Below, in pieces: positions 51,458 through 61,300 of a DNA stretch of 64,000 nt. The position numbers and the translations under genes are program-made. Each line of letters starts with the position of its first letter. Within the stretch, counting starts at the first letter, position 1. Under the pieces are notes generated by a model. It was not told where the DNA came from. It made no database searches and saw nothing but the letters and a program-made list of their open reading frames with translations. The stretch lies in NCBI GenBank assembly GCA_041288095.1, contig JBGGMJ010000105.1:1-64000 (forward strand), written 5' to 3'. Source of the stretch: Myxococcota bacterium (GTDB lineage: Bacteria > Myxococcota > XYA12-FULL-58-9 > JALHOP01).

Positions 51458-52822
51458 CTATAGCGGCAGCCTGAGATCTTGGCGGATGCCGAAGTAGCTC
51501 TCCCAGCGCGCCGTATCCTCGGTGGCGTGATAGCCTCCGAGCATCCGTTCGCGCAGGTCGTAGACGAGCGCTTCGGCGTCGGTTTGTGGCCGCACGTCGT
51601 GGCCCGGCATCCACATGAAACGCGCGACGTTGGGGTCATCCTGCGTGGGGCTGCGGCTGTAAGCCACGGCAACGCCGCGCCCCAAGACCTGCCCCAGGGC
51701 ATTGGGATGGTCGACGACCGCGCGCACGCGCTGGTTGTCGACGACGAAGCTCGCGCCCTCACGGCCTTGGACGAACGTCGCGACGTGCGACGGCAAGGCG
51801 ACAGTCTCGGTTTGATAGCCGAGGGGCCGCAGGACACGCTGCGACAGGTAGTGAAAGCCTTCGCAGTCGAGCATGCGGCGGTCGAGACTGCCCGTGCGCA
51901 TCGCGGCGATGAGCTCGGGTAGCCGTTCGACGCGCTCCGCGGGGGTGCCCGCATAATCGACGCCGTTGCCGTGGTGCACGAAGAACGCTTGCAGGTAGCG
52001 TTGATAGGCGTCGAGCACGTGGCCGTCGACGACGCCCGCGTCGAGGCCGCGCGCCTCCTGCTGGGCGCGGAAAGCCTGCAGATAGCGGACGGCGCTCTCG
52101 GGGTCTTCGGCACGGACACCCGCTCGTTCGAGCTCGGCGCGGTCGAGGCGGATGGTCGCGAGCTCGCCAATCGTGAACGACGTGCCGGACAGTCCGTCAT
52201 AAGAGACCGGACCGCCCGCCTGCTGATCGCGTAGGTGCGTCTCACCGGTGGTGATGCGCAGGCTCGCGATGTCCTGAGTGGCGAGCGAGCGATAGTAGCG
52301 CTCGCGCTCCTCGGGCGGCGCATTGCGCATGCGGGCGTCGGTGGCGAGCACTTGGTTGATGGTGTCTTGTTCGGCGGTGGTACGAGCCGGCGCGTGCGCG
52401 CTACTCGGAGCCACGTCGCCAGCAGTGACGGACACGCCGGGGGCTGCATCACTCGGCGTGGAATGCATCGCATCCACGTAGCGATAGATCGCGATGTCCT
52501 CGCCCCGGTTCGCGCTCAATGGAAATTGCAGCGCCAGGCCGCGCGCCAGCTCCGCGCCCGAGCGCCCAGCCGCACGGTCGGCGGCAACGCGACGCATGAT
52601 GGTCTCGGGCACACGATTGCGCGCATAGACCTCGGACCCCGGCGAGGCCTCGGTCTCGCGCGGTGCGAGCGGATCATTCACGCGGCGCACGAGGCCGCGC
52701 CTGACGCCTTGGTACTGATCGCCGGATGCCGCCGCGCCCTCTCGGCCGTCGACACGCTCCACCGCCGGCGCGATCAGCTCGCCGCTATCGACCGGAGCTT
52801 TGACGTTCAGGCGGACGACCAT
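51458..52822 (-). CDS. Hypothetical protein with transglutaminase/papain-like Cys-His-Asp motif
   Basis: LDCEGF...LGY...SHVAT...VVDN in the C-terminal half; no signal peptide. Confidence 0.7.
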   Translation of the reverse strand: MVVRLNVKAPVDSGELIAPAVERVDGREGAAASGDQYQGVRRGLVRRVNDPLAPRETEASPGSEVYARNRVPETIMRRVAADRAAGRSGAELARGLALQFPLSANRGEDIAIYRYVDAMHSTPSDAAPGVSVTAGDVAPSSAHAPARTTAEQDTINQVLATDARMRNAPPEERERYYRSLATQDIASLRITTGETHLRDQQAGGPVSYDGLSGTSFTIGELATIRLDRAELERAGVRAEDPESAVRYLQAFRAQQEARGLDAGVVDGHVLDAYQRYLQAFFVHHGNGVDYAGTPAERVERLPELIAAMRTGSLDRRMLDCEGFHYLSQRVLRPLGYQTETVALPSHVATFVQGREGASFVVDNQRVRAVVDHPNALGQVLGRGVAVAYSRSPTQDDPNVARFMWMPGHDVRPQTDAEALVYDLRERMLGGYHATEDTARWESYFGIRQDLRLPL

Positions 52823-52855
52823 CTACCCACGGAGGATAGCAAATCGAACCACGAT

Positions 52856-54436
52856 CTAGAGGGTCAAAACGAAGATCGTGCCTTTGGGGCCCGTGCTGAA
52901 GCCTACATCCCCGCCCCGCCGCCGGGCGATGGCCTGGACGATGGTGAGGCCGAGGCCAGTGCCGCCGCTGCCGCGCTCGGTCGTGAAAAAGCGTTCGAAG
53001 ACCTTGGGTTGGTTGCCTGGGCTGATGCCGCCACCGCGGTCCTCGACCTCGATGCGCAGGCGGCCACCGTCAGGCGTGACGCGAATGTCGACCGGCTGGT
53101 CACCACCATGGCGGACGGCGTTGTCGACCAGGTTGCCAACCGCCGAGACGAAATGGTCCTCGGAGATCGCGAGGGTCTTGGGCACCAGGTCGGCACAGGT
53201 GACGCGCACCCGACCACCGTGACGCATGGCAATCGCATCGAGGGCTTCGCGAACATGTGTCTCGCCGCCGGCCTCGCCCGCGTTCTCGATGCGCGCGAGG
53301 TGCAGCAAGCGGGTCACCAAACGCTCCATGCGCTCGGCATCGAGATCGATGTTGGCGACGAAACGGCGGCGTTGCTCTTCGCTCATGGCGCCGGCTTGCT
53401 CGGCGAGCAGCTCGGCGGCGCCGCGAATCGCCGTGAGCGGCGTCTTGAGCTCGTGGCTGACGTTGGCGGCGAAGGCGGCGACGTAGTCGGCGCGCTCGCG
53501 CAGCGTCTTGGTCATGACGTCGAGGGCGTCGTTCAAGACGCGGATCTCGTGAGGGGTCCACCAGCGCAAGGTCTTGGGTTCGCGCGGCGCATCGTTGGTG
53601 ATGGCGATGGCATCACGGGTGAGCGCGTGCACCGGGCGCACCACGAGCGCCGCGAACAAGGCGCTGATGGCCAGCGTTACGCCCAAGCTGACGGCGATGG
53701 CGATCACCAAGCCGCGCCGGCTCTGCCAGAGCGAGGTCAACGCATCGAGGCTGGTGCGTGACGAGCGCACGACGCCGATGACCTGACCATCCTCGAAGAT
53801 CGGCAGCGCCGCGAAGATGCGCACCTTGCCGCGGCTGCGGACGTCACCCAGCGCCGGCGTGGGTTCGTCACTGATGCGCTCGCGGGCGACCGCGGCGTAA
53901 CGGCCGCCGAGCGCCGCTTGGACCTCGGCCATGTCGTTCATGCAAAGGTCACCCTCGGTGCGCGACGTCGAGATGACGCAGCCGTCACCATCGAGGATGC
54001 GGATGCCGGTGAGGTTGAACACTTGCGCGCGCTTGAGCAGCGGCTCGAGGCGGGCACCGGCGCGCCGCGAGGGCGTATCTCCGCTGGGGCGGACGCGCAA
54101 AGTCGTCTCCGGTGGCTTCCCTTCGTCGCCCTTGTCGTCGCCGCGCTCGAGCCGGAAGGTGAAGTCGAGCACCGGCTCGATCGGGATGAAGACGTCGTGC
54201 TCACGGCCGCGCGGCCGGAACGATTTGCTCTCGTCGACCGGTAGACCCTGCTCCTCGTGCAAGCGCTCGCGGAAGATCTCCGCGATAACCACCGACTGCG
54301 CGATGAGCGAGCGCTCGGTCTGGCGCACGAGATAGGTGTCGTAGATGCGCAGAGTGATGACGGCCGCGAGCGGTAGCAGCAGTACCAGCGAGTTGACGCC
54401 CAGGAGCAGCGTCCGCAGTGACGGACCAGATCTCAC
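52856..54436 (-). CDS. Sensor histidine kinase (CreC-like)
   Basis: Two TM segments, HAMP, VSHELKTPLTAIRGAAELL, NLVDNA, DRGGGI, FERFFTT, GTGLGL. Confidence 0.92.
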   Translation of the reverse strand: MRSGPSLRTLLLGVNSLVLLLPLAAVITLRIYDTYLVRQTERSLIAQSVVIAEIFRERLHEEQGLPVDESKSFRPRGREHDVFIPIEPVLDFTFRLERGDDKGDEGKPPETTLRVRPSGDTPSRRAGARLEPLLKRAQVFNLTGIRILDGDGCVISTSRTEGDLCMNDMAEVQAALGGRYAAVARERISDEPTPALGDVRSRGKVRIFAALPIFEDGQVIGVVRSSRTSLDALTSLWQSRRGLVIAIAVSLGVTLAISALFAALVVRPVHALTRDAIAITNDAPREPKTLRWWTPHEIRVLNDALDVMTKTLRERADYVAAFAANVSHELKTPLTAIRGAAELLAEQAGAMSEEQRRRFVANIDLDAERMERLVTRLLHLARIENAGEAGGETHVREALDAIAMRHGGRVRVTCADLVPKTLAISEDHFVSAVGNLVDNAVRHGGDQPVDIRVTPDGGRLRIEVEDRGGGISPGNQPKVFERFFTTERGSGGTGLGLTIVQAIARRRGGDVGFSTGPKGTIFVLTL

Positions 54437-55140
54437 GATTCTTCGCGCATCCGATAGCCGAGCCCGTAGACCGTCTCGATGGGGTCGGCGCCGACCGCGG
54501 CGAGCTTGCCGCGGACGCGCCGGATATGACTGTCGACGGTGCGGTCGGTGATCACGTGACCCTCGCCGTATGCCTTGTCGACCATCGCATCACGCGTGAA
54601 GACACGGCCGGGCGATCGCGCCAAGGTCGCGAGCAGCGAGAACTCGGTCACCGTGAGGACGATAGGCGTGTCACCCCAGGTCACCTGGTGGCGCGCGACG
54701 TCGATGGTGAGCTTGCCGTGCCGGACTAGCTCGTCGGCTTTGGTCTCGCTCGACGGCACAGCCTGAGCCGCGGTTCGCCTGAGCATCGCCTTCACCCGCG
54801 CCAGTAGCTCGCGGGGGCTGAACGGCTTCACCATGTAATCGTCGGCGCCCATCTCGAGCCCGAGCACGCGATCGAGCTCGTCGTCGCGGCTCGAGACGAA
54901 CATGATCGGGATCTGACTCTTGGCGCCGGCGCGAATGGTGCGGCAAACCGTGAGCCCGTCGGACTCGGGCATCACGATGTCGAGCACCACCAAGTCGATT
55001 GGCTTCGCCGCGAAGATCGTCAGCGCTTCGGCGCCGTCACGCGCTTCGACGACTTGGTAGCCGCCGTTCTCGAGCGTGAAGCGTACCACCTCGCGGATGT
55101 GCGGATCGTCGTCGACCACCAGCACCAAGGGCTTCGTCAT
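54433..55140 (-). CDS. OmpR-family response regulator (CreB-like)
   Basis: VVDDD, LDIVMP, GADDYMVKPF, DRTVDSHIRR, TVYGLGY. Confidence 0.95.
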   Translation of the reverse strand: MTKPLVLVVDDDPHIREVVRFTLENGGYQVVEARDGAEALTIFAAKPIDLVVLDIVMPESDGLTVCRTIRAGAKSQIPIMFVSSRDDELDRVLGLEMGADDYMVKPFSPRELLARVKAMLRRTAAQAVPSSETKADELVRHGKLTIDVARHQVTWGDTPIVLTVTEFSLLATLARSPGRVFTRDAMVDKAYGEGHVITDRTVDSHIRRVRGKLAAVGADPIETVYGLGYRMREES

Positions 55141-56942
55141 GGAGCTTCCTCTTCACGCCGAAAGACGCGCACCGCGCGACGCAGCGACCCCTGCAAGGGC
55201 GACCAGATGTCGAGCTCCGCCGCAGCGGACATGGCGGCGAAGAGGCGCTCGCAAGGCTCGTAGGCGCGCAAGGCATCGACCCGCGCGGCATCGAGGTCTT
55301 GCACGAGGCGGTACAGGAAATCGAAGACGCCGACTTCCTTGAGCGTCTCGAGGTCACCGAGCACCGCGATGAAGCCATGCATGAACAAGGGCACGCTGAC
55401 GAAGAATGTCTCGATGGATTGTGGTGTCAGCTCTAGCGGACCGAACCAACCGTACTTCTGGCGGTGATAGCCGCGCGACAGAGCCCACCAGGCGCCGGCC
55501 CGCACTTTGGCGCTGTAGGGTCCGAAGACGGTGCGCAGCAAGAACGCGTGCACCACCTCGATGGGACGACCCTCGAGCTGACACTCGGCGAAGCGACAGA
55601 GCTCGATTTTCTGGCTCTCCTCGGCCTGGTCGAAGACGCGCGGTACGAAGTCGTCGGGAAAGGCGCCACGCTTCGCGGCTTCGGTGACGCCGTATTTGTG
55701 GTGCGAGAGGTAGCCGTGCTTGACCAGCTCGGCACCCACTTTGGCGAGGTCTTCGGGGGCGAGACCCGTGTCTTCTTTCATCAGGGCCTGCACCACGTAC
55801 ATCTCGCCCTTGCAGGCGGCGGCGACGCGAACGGCGGTGGCGCGATCGGTGGCGCGTGCCAGCAAGCGGCCCGCGTCGACGATGACACGCTCGTCGTCGG
55901 TGCTCTCCATGATCTCGAGCAGCAGGGGAGCGAGCGGCCCCGCGCGACTCGCCTCGTCGCGCGCCAAGGCATCGATGATGTCGTGCTGGGCTTCGCTGTC
56001 GGCGCCGCGCAGCCAACCTTGCAGGCTCGCAAGCTCCCCGCGCTCGGCTAAAACAGCCGCGGCCGCGCGCTGGCGGAGCGCGTCGCCCTCCAGCGCCTGG
56101 CGCAGCGTCGCTATCTCTCCGGTAGCAAGCGCCGCGGCGAAAGCGAGATCGGCATCCTGCGAACGCCGCGCCGCGGCCAAGTGCTCCGGGTCCGCCGGCC
56201 GGCCGAACCAAGCGAGCCGCACCGCCACCTGGTCTTTGAGCTCGACATGCTCGAGCACATCGAGCGGCAGCTGAAAGCGATTCAAGCGGCAAGCGGTCAC
56301 GGTTCGCCACCACGTGACCGCGAGCGTCGCCTCGTGACCAACGCGATCGTGCGCGCGCGCGAGGCCCGCGACCTGGCGGAGCACGTTCCATTCGCCCGTC
56401 CACAAGAGCGCCGTCACCGCGAGACAACGCGTGGTCTCGAAGGGCGTACGGTCGATGATGGTGTGCAGACGCTCGACACCTCCGGGCGGCGCGCTGACAT
56501 GCTGGTACTCCGCGGCCAGTTCGTCGCTCCACGGCAGGCTCGTGACCAGCTCGTCCTCGAGCGCCGCCGCGAAACCCTCGTGGCGGCAATGGCCCTCGAC
56601 GAAGATCATGTCGTCGACGTGCCGCGATACGACGCCGCGTTGCCGCGCGTATTTGTCGGCGAAGACCGCGAGCCGCCCTGGATCCATCTCCCGGATGAGC
56701 TTCGGGATCGAGAACATGTCGGCGCCGCTCGCGGTCAGCATGCGCGCCGCGCCGTAGTGCTCGTGCCCTACTTGCTCGGCGCCACACTGCCGACAAAAGC
56801 CGCCGGCCGGTTGCCAGGTGTTGCACCAGAAGCAACGCTCTTCGCGCCGCACTGGTCCGCTGCAGTGGACACAGAGATCGCCGGCCTTCCAGTCGACCGG
56901 CTGCGCCTCTTGGCAGCTCTCACATGTTGCGCGCGTGGCCAT
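55137..56942 (-). CDS. Double zinc-ribbon protein with long helical (HEAT-like) domain
   Basis: Four N-terminal CxxC pairs (CESC, CVHC, CFWC, CRQC); stop overlaps the regulator ATG. Confidence 0.8.
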   Translation of the reverse strand: MATRATCESCQEAQPVDWKAGDLCVHCSGPVRREERCFWCNTWQPAGGFCRQCGAEQVGHEHYGAARMLTASGADMFSIPKLIREMDPGRLAVFADKYARQRGVVSRHVDDMIFVEGHCRHEGFAAALEDELVTSLPWSDELAAEYQHVSAPPGGVERLHTIIDRTPFETTRCLAVTALLWTGEWNVLRQVAGLARAHDRVGHEATLAVTWWRTVTACRLNRFQLPLDVLEHVELKDQVAVRLAWFGRPADPEHLAAARRSQDADLAFAAALATGEIATLRQALEGDALRQRAAAAVLAERGELASLQGWLRGADSEAQHDIIDALARDEASRAGPLAPLLLEIMESTDDERVIVDAGRLLARATDRATAVRVAAACKGEMYVVQALMKEDTGLAPEDLAKVGAELVKHGYLSHHKYGVTEAAKRGAFPDDFVPRVFDQAEESQKIELCRFAECQLEGRPIEVVHAFLLRTVFGPYSAKVRAGAWWALSRGYHRQKYGWFGPLELTPQSIETFFVSVPLFMHGFIAVLGDLETLKEVGVFDFLYRLVQDLDAARVDALRAYEPCERLFAAMSAAAELDIWSPLQGSLRRAVRVFRREEEAP

Positions 56943-57483
56943 GCGTAGCCTTGCGAGCGCGGGCGAAGAGCGCTTCCTTTTCGGCGACGCTCAAGGACGC
57001 CAGCTTCTTGGGGATGTCGTCCTTGGCGATGCCGTCACGGCGAAGCTGCAACGCCAGCTCGAGCTCGGCGGACAGCACGTGCTCGGCACCGCACTGCCTG
57101 CAGAACTTTCCCGGCCCCGAAGCGCCGCACCAGTAGCAAGCGACGACCGGCTCGGCCTGCTTGCCGCACGATGGACAGAGGTCACCGGGCTGATAGTCCT
57201 TCGGTTGACGCGTCTTGCAGTGCAAGCAGTAGACGATGTCGGCGCTGTCGACGACGACGGTGCCGCCCTGCGTCGATGCCGTGCCGCCCACCGCCCAGGC
57301 CATGACCGCTTTGGCGGTCGACTCGTCGATGCCGGTGAGCTCGCGCAACGTGCCCACGTCGCCGATGGTCGCGAAGGCGGCCTTCGAGGTGATGCCGAGC
57401 TTGGGAAGCTTCTTGATCTGAGCTTCCTTCATCCCCTTGGCCTTCAAGATGTTCTGCTCGAGCACGGACAGGCTGGCTGGCAT
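56920..57483 (-). CDS. HhH-like domain plus double zinc-ribbon protein
   Basis: LKAKGM..QIKKL..LGI, LRELTGIDESTA; CLHC, CPSC, CYWC, CRQC. Confidence 0.8.
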   Translation of the reverse strand: MPASLSVLEQNILKAKGMKEAQIKKLPKLGITSKAAFATIGDVGTLRELTGIDESTAKAVMAWAVGGTASTQGGTVVVDSADIVYCLHCKTRQPKDYQPGDLCPSCGKQAEPVVACYWCGASGPGKFCRQCGAEHVLSAELELALQLRRDGIAKDDIPKKLASLSVAEKEALFARARKATHGHARNM

Positions 57484-57573
57484 GCGGCGTTCACCTCGTG
57501 ACGCGCATGTTCGTCCACAACCGACCGCGCCGCAAGTGAGCCGGATCACGCTTTCGTAGCGCTTTCGCCGACT

Positions 57574-57602
57574 TGCACGAGCTCTGCACGATTTCGCCAC
57601 GA
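57574..57602 (+). promoter_or_regulatory. cre-tag-like direct repeats with 11-bp period (OmpR-family operator)
   Basis: TGCACGA at 57574, TGCACGA at 57585 and GCCACGA at 57596. Confidence 0.65.
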
Positions 57603-57695
57603 CCTTTCCCCATGGGCGCAATCACGGCTGCACGGCGGGCGGCGACTCTTCCCTTGTCGCCGCGACATCACGCGGCACGAGCAAAGGACGTGGTC

Positions 57696-58985
57696 ATGAA
57701 TTCGACGGTTCGCATCGTAGGCATCGTCTTCGTTTTCATCGTCGCCAGCATCGCCTGGATGATCCTGGGCGGCACCATGGGCAGCCGCAACAGCGAGGTC
57801 TCTAGCCGCCTCGACGGCGCCGTCGATAACCTCTGGGGCTCTGGACAGGACCAGCGGCCACCCGACTTCGTCTTCCACTGGACGACGGAGCGCGAGGAGG
57901 TCCGCTCCGAGACCACCAACGGCAAGTTGGTCAAGGTCCGCAACACCATCGTCGAGCAACATCAAAAGCTCATGCCCGCCGAGTCGACGACCATCGACGT
58001 GAAGCTCGACTCGGACCTGCGACGCAAGGGGCTCATGTGGTTCTCACTCTACGACGCGGCCGTTTCAGCGGACTGGACGTACACCCACCACGAGCCGATC
58101 ACCGGCACCATCGCCGTGGGCTTCGCGTTCCCCACGCCGTACGGCCTCTACGACGACTTCAAGTTCGTCATCAACGGCAACGACTACGCCGCCTCGCTCA
58201 CGCCCACCGACGGCCGCGTCGGCATGAACCTCACCGTCCGCCCCGGCGACAAGATCGCCTTGCACGTGCAGTACAAGACGCGCGGCAGCGACTACTGGTC
58301 GTACACGCCGGCGCAGGGTGTGCTCACCAACTTCAAGCTGTCGATGCTCACCAACTTCCCGGACATCGACTATCCGTCGTCTGGCCTCTCGCCGTCAGAC
58401 AAGGCGCGCACCAAGGACGGTTGGCAGCTCAACTGGAACTTCACGCAAGTGGTCACCGGCCGCGGCATCGGCATGCTGACGCCGACGCGCCTGCAGCCGG
58501 GTGAGCTCGCCGCCGAGATGGCGTTCTCGGCGCCGGTGTCGCTGCTCTTCTTCTTCGTCATCATCTACGTGCTCGCGAGCCTCCGGAAGATCAGCATCCA
58601 CCCGTTCAATTACCTGCTCATCGCTGCGGCGTTCTTCGCCTTCCACTTGTTGTTTGCCTACACGGCGGACCGCTTGCCGGTGGAGGGGGCCTTCGCGCTG
58701 GCGAGCGTCGTCAGCGTCATTCTCGTGGTCTCGTATCTGCGCCTCGTGGTGTCGGCACGCTTCGCGCTCGTCGAAGCCGGGCTCGCGCAGCTCGTCTACC
58801 TGGTCGGCTTCTCGATGGCGCACTTCGCGGTCGGCTTCACGGGGCTTGCGATCACCATCCTGGCCATCATCACCCTGTTCTTGGTGATGCAGCTCACGGG
58901 CCGTGTCCGCTTCCGCGAACCGACGGCCAGAGGTCCAGGAAGCGTTTTGCAAAGCTCGGTGCCGATCCCGACTCCTCATGCTTGA
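57696..58985 (+). CDS. CreD-like inner membrane protein
   Basis: N-terminal TM, periplasmic domain (LRRKGLMWF), IHPFNYLLI and about six C-terminal TMs; divergent from the CreBC-like operon. Confidence 0.75.
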   Translation: MNSTVRIVGIVFVFIVASIAWMILGGTMGSRNSEVSSRLDGAVDNLWGSGQDQRPPDFVFHWTTEREEVRSETTNGKLVKVRNTIVEQHQKLMPAESTTIDVKLDSDLRRKGLMWFSLYDAAVSADWTYTHHEPITGTIAVGFAFPTPYGLYDDFKFVINGNDYAASLTPTDGRVGMNLTVRPGDKIALHVQYKTRGSDYWSYTPAQGVLTNFKLSMLTNFPDIDYPSSGLSPSDKARTKDGWQLNWNFTQVVTGRGIGMLTPTRLQPGELAAEMAFSAPVSLLFFFVIIYVLASLRKISIHPFNYLLIAAAFFAFHLLFAYTADRLPVEGAFALASVVSVILVVSYLRLVVSARFALVEAGLAQLVYLVGFSMAHFAVGFTGLAITILAIITLFLVMQLTGRVRFREPTARGPGSVLQSSVPIPTPHA

Positions 58986-59631
58986 AAAACACGTAAGCGT
59001 CTTTCCATGAGCGCGCGCCGACTTGCGTAAGCCACGTACGCAGGTCGGCGTCGCTGTATTCGGTCTTGCGCAAGCGCAGGTAACCCCATGAGGCGATGTC
59101 GGGCAGCTCCTTCGACGACTTGAGCTTCGGGGCATCGTCGTCCGACACGCACAGCGCCGCGTCGTGCTTGCCGAGCAGCGTGAACACCTCGTCGTCGAGC
59201 CACGACGGATTGCGGACCTCGAGCGCGAGCTTCACGCCCCGGGGGACGTACGAGAGCAGCCGCGCCAGACGCTCGGTGTCTTTTTTAGCGAAAGGAGGCA
59301 GTTGGAAGAGCACAGGTCCCAATCGACCTTCGAGGGTGAGCGCCGTCTTGGTGAACATGTCGAAGCCGGCCTGGTCTTCGCTCCAGGCCTTGCCGTGCGA
59401 CAGACGCCGCGGCGCCTTGAGCACGAAGGTGAACGTCTCGGGCACCTGCGCCACCCAGCCCGCGAGCAAGGACGGCTGCGGCATGCGGTAGAAGGTGTTG
59501 TTGATCTCCACCGTGTCGAAGCTGTCGGCGTAGAACTTCAACATGTCCTTCGCCGGGAGCTTCTCGGGATAGAAGCTGCCTTTCCACTCGGCGTAGCTGT
59601 AGCCGCTGGTGCCGACGTGAAGGCGCATCAC
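58894..59631 (-). CDS. DUF72 family protein
   Basis: VGTSGYSY.EWKG.FYP, VEINNTFYR, FVLKA, LFQLPP, ALEVRN.SW, YLRLR, VFFKHE. Confidence 0.93.
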   Translation of the reverse strand: MMRLHVGTSGYSYAEWKGSFYPEKLPAKDMLKFYADSFDTVEINNTFYRMPQPSLLAGWVAQVPETFTFVLKAPRRLSHGKAWSEDQAGFDMFTKTALTLEGRLGPVLFQLPPFAKKDTERLARLLSYVPRGVKLALEVRNPSWLDDEVFTLLGKHDAALCVSDDDAPKLKSSKELPDIASWGYLRLRKTEYSDADLRTWLTQVGARSWKDAYVFFKHEESGSAPSFAKRFLDLWPSVRGSGHGP

Positions 59632-60779
59632 GCCTTGATGCGATCTTCGACGATGTACGGCGGACAGGGCTTGCCACGCTCGTCGATGAACGCGAGCGTC
59701 GCGCGCAGCACTTTGCGTTGCTCACCACCCACAAAGCGCTGGTTCCAATCCGAGGTGTTTTCGGTGCCGGCGGGCCAGGCGTGGAAGTAGACCGAGTAGA
59801 TACCCGGGGCCTCCTTGACCAGCGAGCAGTGACCAGGACCTTTCCACTCACCACGCAGACAGGGACTATCGCTCGTCATGAGGTGTTCGAGCGAATCCAC
59901 CTTGCCGTGAGCGAGATCGTCGACGGTGCCGATCCACATTTTGTAGTCGGCGCCTCCGTAGTAGTCGGAGCTCAGGACGATCCACGTCGCGTCATGCTCG
60001 TGCACGAGCCAGGGCCCCTCGAGCAGGCCACCGTGACCTTCGCCGCTGCGGCAAATCTCGTGAGGCTCGCCCAGCCAGACCACGCCACTGTCCTCGAGAG
60101 CGAAGGGTCGCGTGAGGATCGGCGTCGGCTTGCCAACCGCGTTGTCGTCGTTCTTGTAGACCATGAAGTCGCGACCGCTTTTGCGGTCACGCACGATGGT
60201 CGCGTCGATGACGCCGTGAGGCGCGGTGAGGATGGGTCCGAGATCACGGTAGGGTCCGGTGGCCTCGTCCGCTACAGCGACAGCGACGCGAAGGTCACCT
60301 TCGAGGTGGCGCGCCGTGTAGAGACATAGCCACTTGTCACCGAGGTGGTGCAGCTCCGGGGCCCAGCGATCGGGCTCCTTGGTGCTGATCCACTTGGGCC
60401 GCATCGCCTCGGAAAAGATCGACGCGGGCTTGCCCATGACGTCTTTCAAGCGGGTCCATGGACCGTCGCGGTGGCGCGCTTGGTAGATGTGAAAGGTGTC
60501 GCGTGACTCGTTGGTGGTCGCGACCATGGTGTAGAGCGGACCGTCGCGCCGCATCTCCAAGACCACGCCGGGATCGGGCATCGGCGCTGGAACCAGCGCA
60601 CGCAATGGCGGCTTGGCCGCGAAGGCCAGCGGCGAAGCGAACGTCGGCCCGCCCGGCGGGACCAGTGGCTCGGATCTTGGCACTGCTCCGCCGTCGCGCG
60701 TGACGACCCGACCTTGTGGCTCGGGAGCCTGGACCGAGTCCGTGCGTCGTAGCGGGTCACGGGGTGGGATTGAGACCAA
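59628..60779 (-). CDS. Glycoside hydrolase family 43
   Basis: PDP, WAPE, GPY, IDA, YKND, LEGP, GPGH. Pro-rich N-terminus without signal peptide; start is uncertain. Confidence 0.85.
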   Translation of the reverse strand: MVSIPPRDPLRRTDSVQAPEPQGRVVTRDGGAVPRSEPLVPPGGPTFASPLAFAAKPPLRALVPAPMPDPGVVLEMRRDGPLYTMVATTNESRDTFHIYQARHRDGPWTRLKDVMGKPASIFSEAMRPKWISTKEPDRWAPELHHLGDKWLCLYTARHLEGDLRVAVAVADEATGPYRDLGPILTAPHGVIDATIVRDRKSGRDFMVYKNDDNAVGKPTPILTRPFALEDSGVVWLGEPHEICRSGEGHGGLLEGPWLVHEHDATWIVLSSDYYGGADYKMWIGTVDDLAHGKVDSLEHLMTSDSPCLRGEWKGPGHCSLVKEAPGIYSVYFHAWPAGTENTSDWNQRFVGGEQRKVLRATLAFIDERGKPCPPYIVEDRIKA

Positions 60780-61218
60780 TGGTCAGCTCCGTCGTCGTCC
60801 CAACGGGGATTTCGAGCTCACGCTCACTACTCACGAACGCGGCCTTCTCGACATGCACGCTCGTCCGCACCGTCATACCGTCGAGAGCACGGGGGGCGCA
60901 CCAGGTGAAACGACCTTGGTCGTCTGTCGTCGTTTCACCGACCACGGTCTCGCCGCGTGCCACTTTCACTCGAGCGCGTGCCACCGGGATCTCCGCGGCC
61001 CCAGAGGTCTTGATGATGCCACTGATGCAGGTCGGGCCTTTGCCGGCCTCGAGTGGTACGGCGCGCGCGGACGCACGATTGCCGTTGGAGGCGAAACTGG
61101 CCCCGGCGGTCTCGCTCGATTGAGCGGTATAAGGCGGTGGTTGCCGGCTGTAGCGCGGGCAAGCGGCCAGGAGCCACGCCGCGACGAGGATGCCGACTCT
61201 CCTCCCCAGGAGCTGCAT
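60757..61218 (-). CDS. Lipoprotein with carboxypeptidase-regulatory-like beta domain
   Basis: Lipobox LAAC; ISGII...PVARARV...TTTDDQGRF. Confidence 0.7.
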   Translation of the reverse strand: MQLLGRRVGILVAAWLLAACPRYSRQPPPYTAQSSETAGASFASNGNRASARAVPLEAGKGPTCISGIIKTSGAAEIPVARARVKVARGETVVGETTTDDQGRFTWCAPRALDGMTVRTSVHVEKAAFVSSERELEIPVGTTTELTIGLNPTP

Positions 61219-61300
61219 GACAAAAGGCTGGCATGTCCGCGCCAAGTCTTCAAGGTTTGCGCTAGCGATCGCTTTCGATGGGGGGCGGATCTGCGGCATC

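Noticed and set aside
52873..52898. Fifth copy of the sigma28-like motif (CAGC-N15-ACGATCT, minus strand)
   Set aside because: It has mismatches in both boxes and lies inside the kinase coding sequence.
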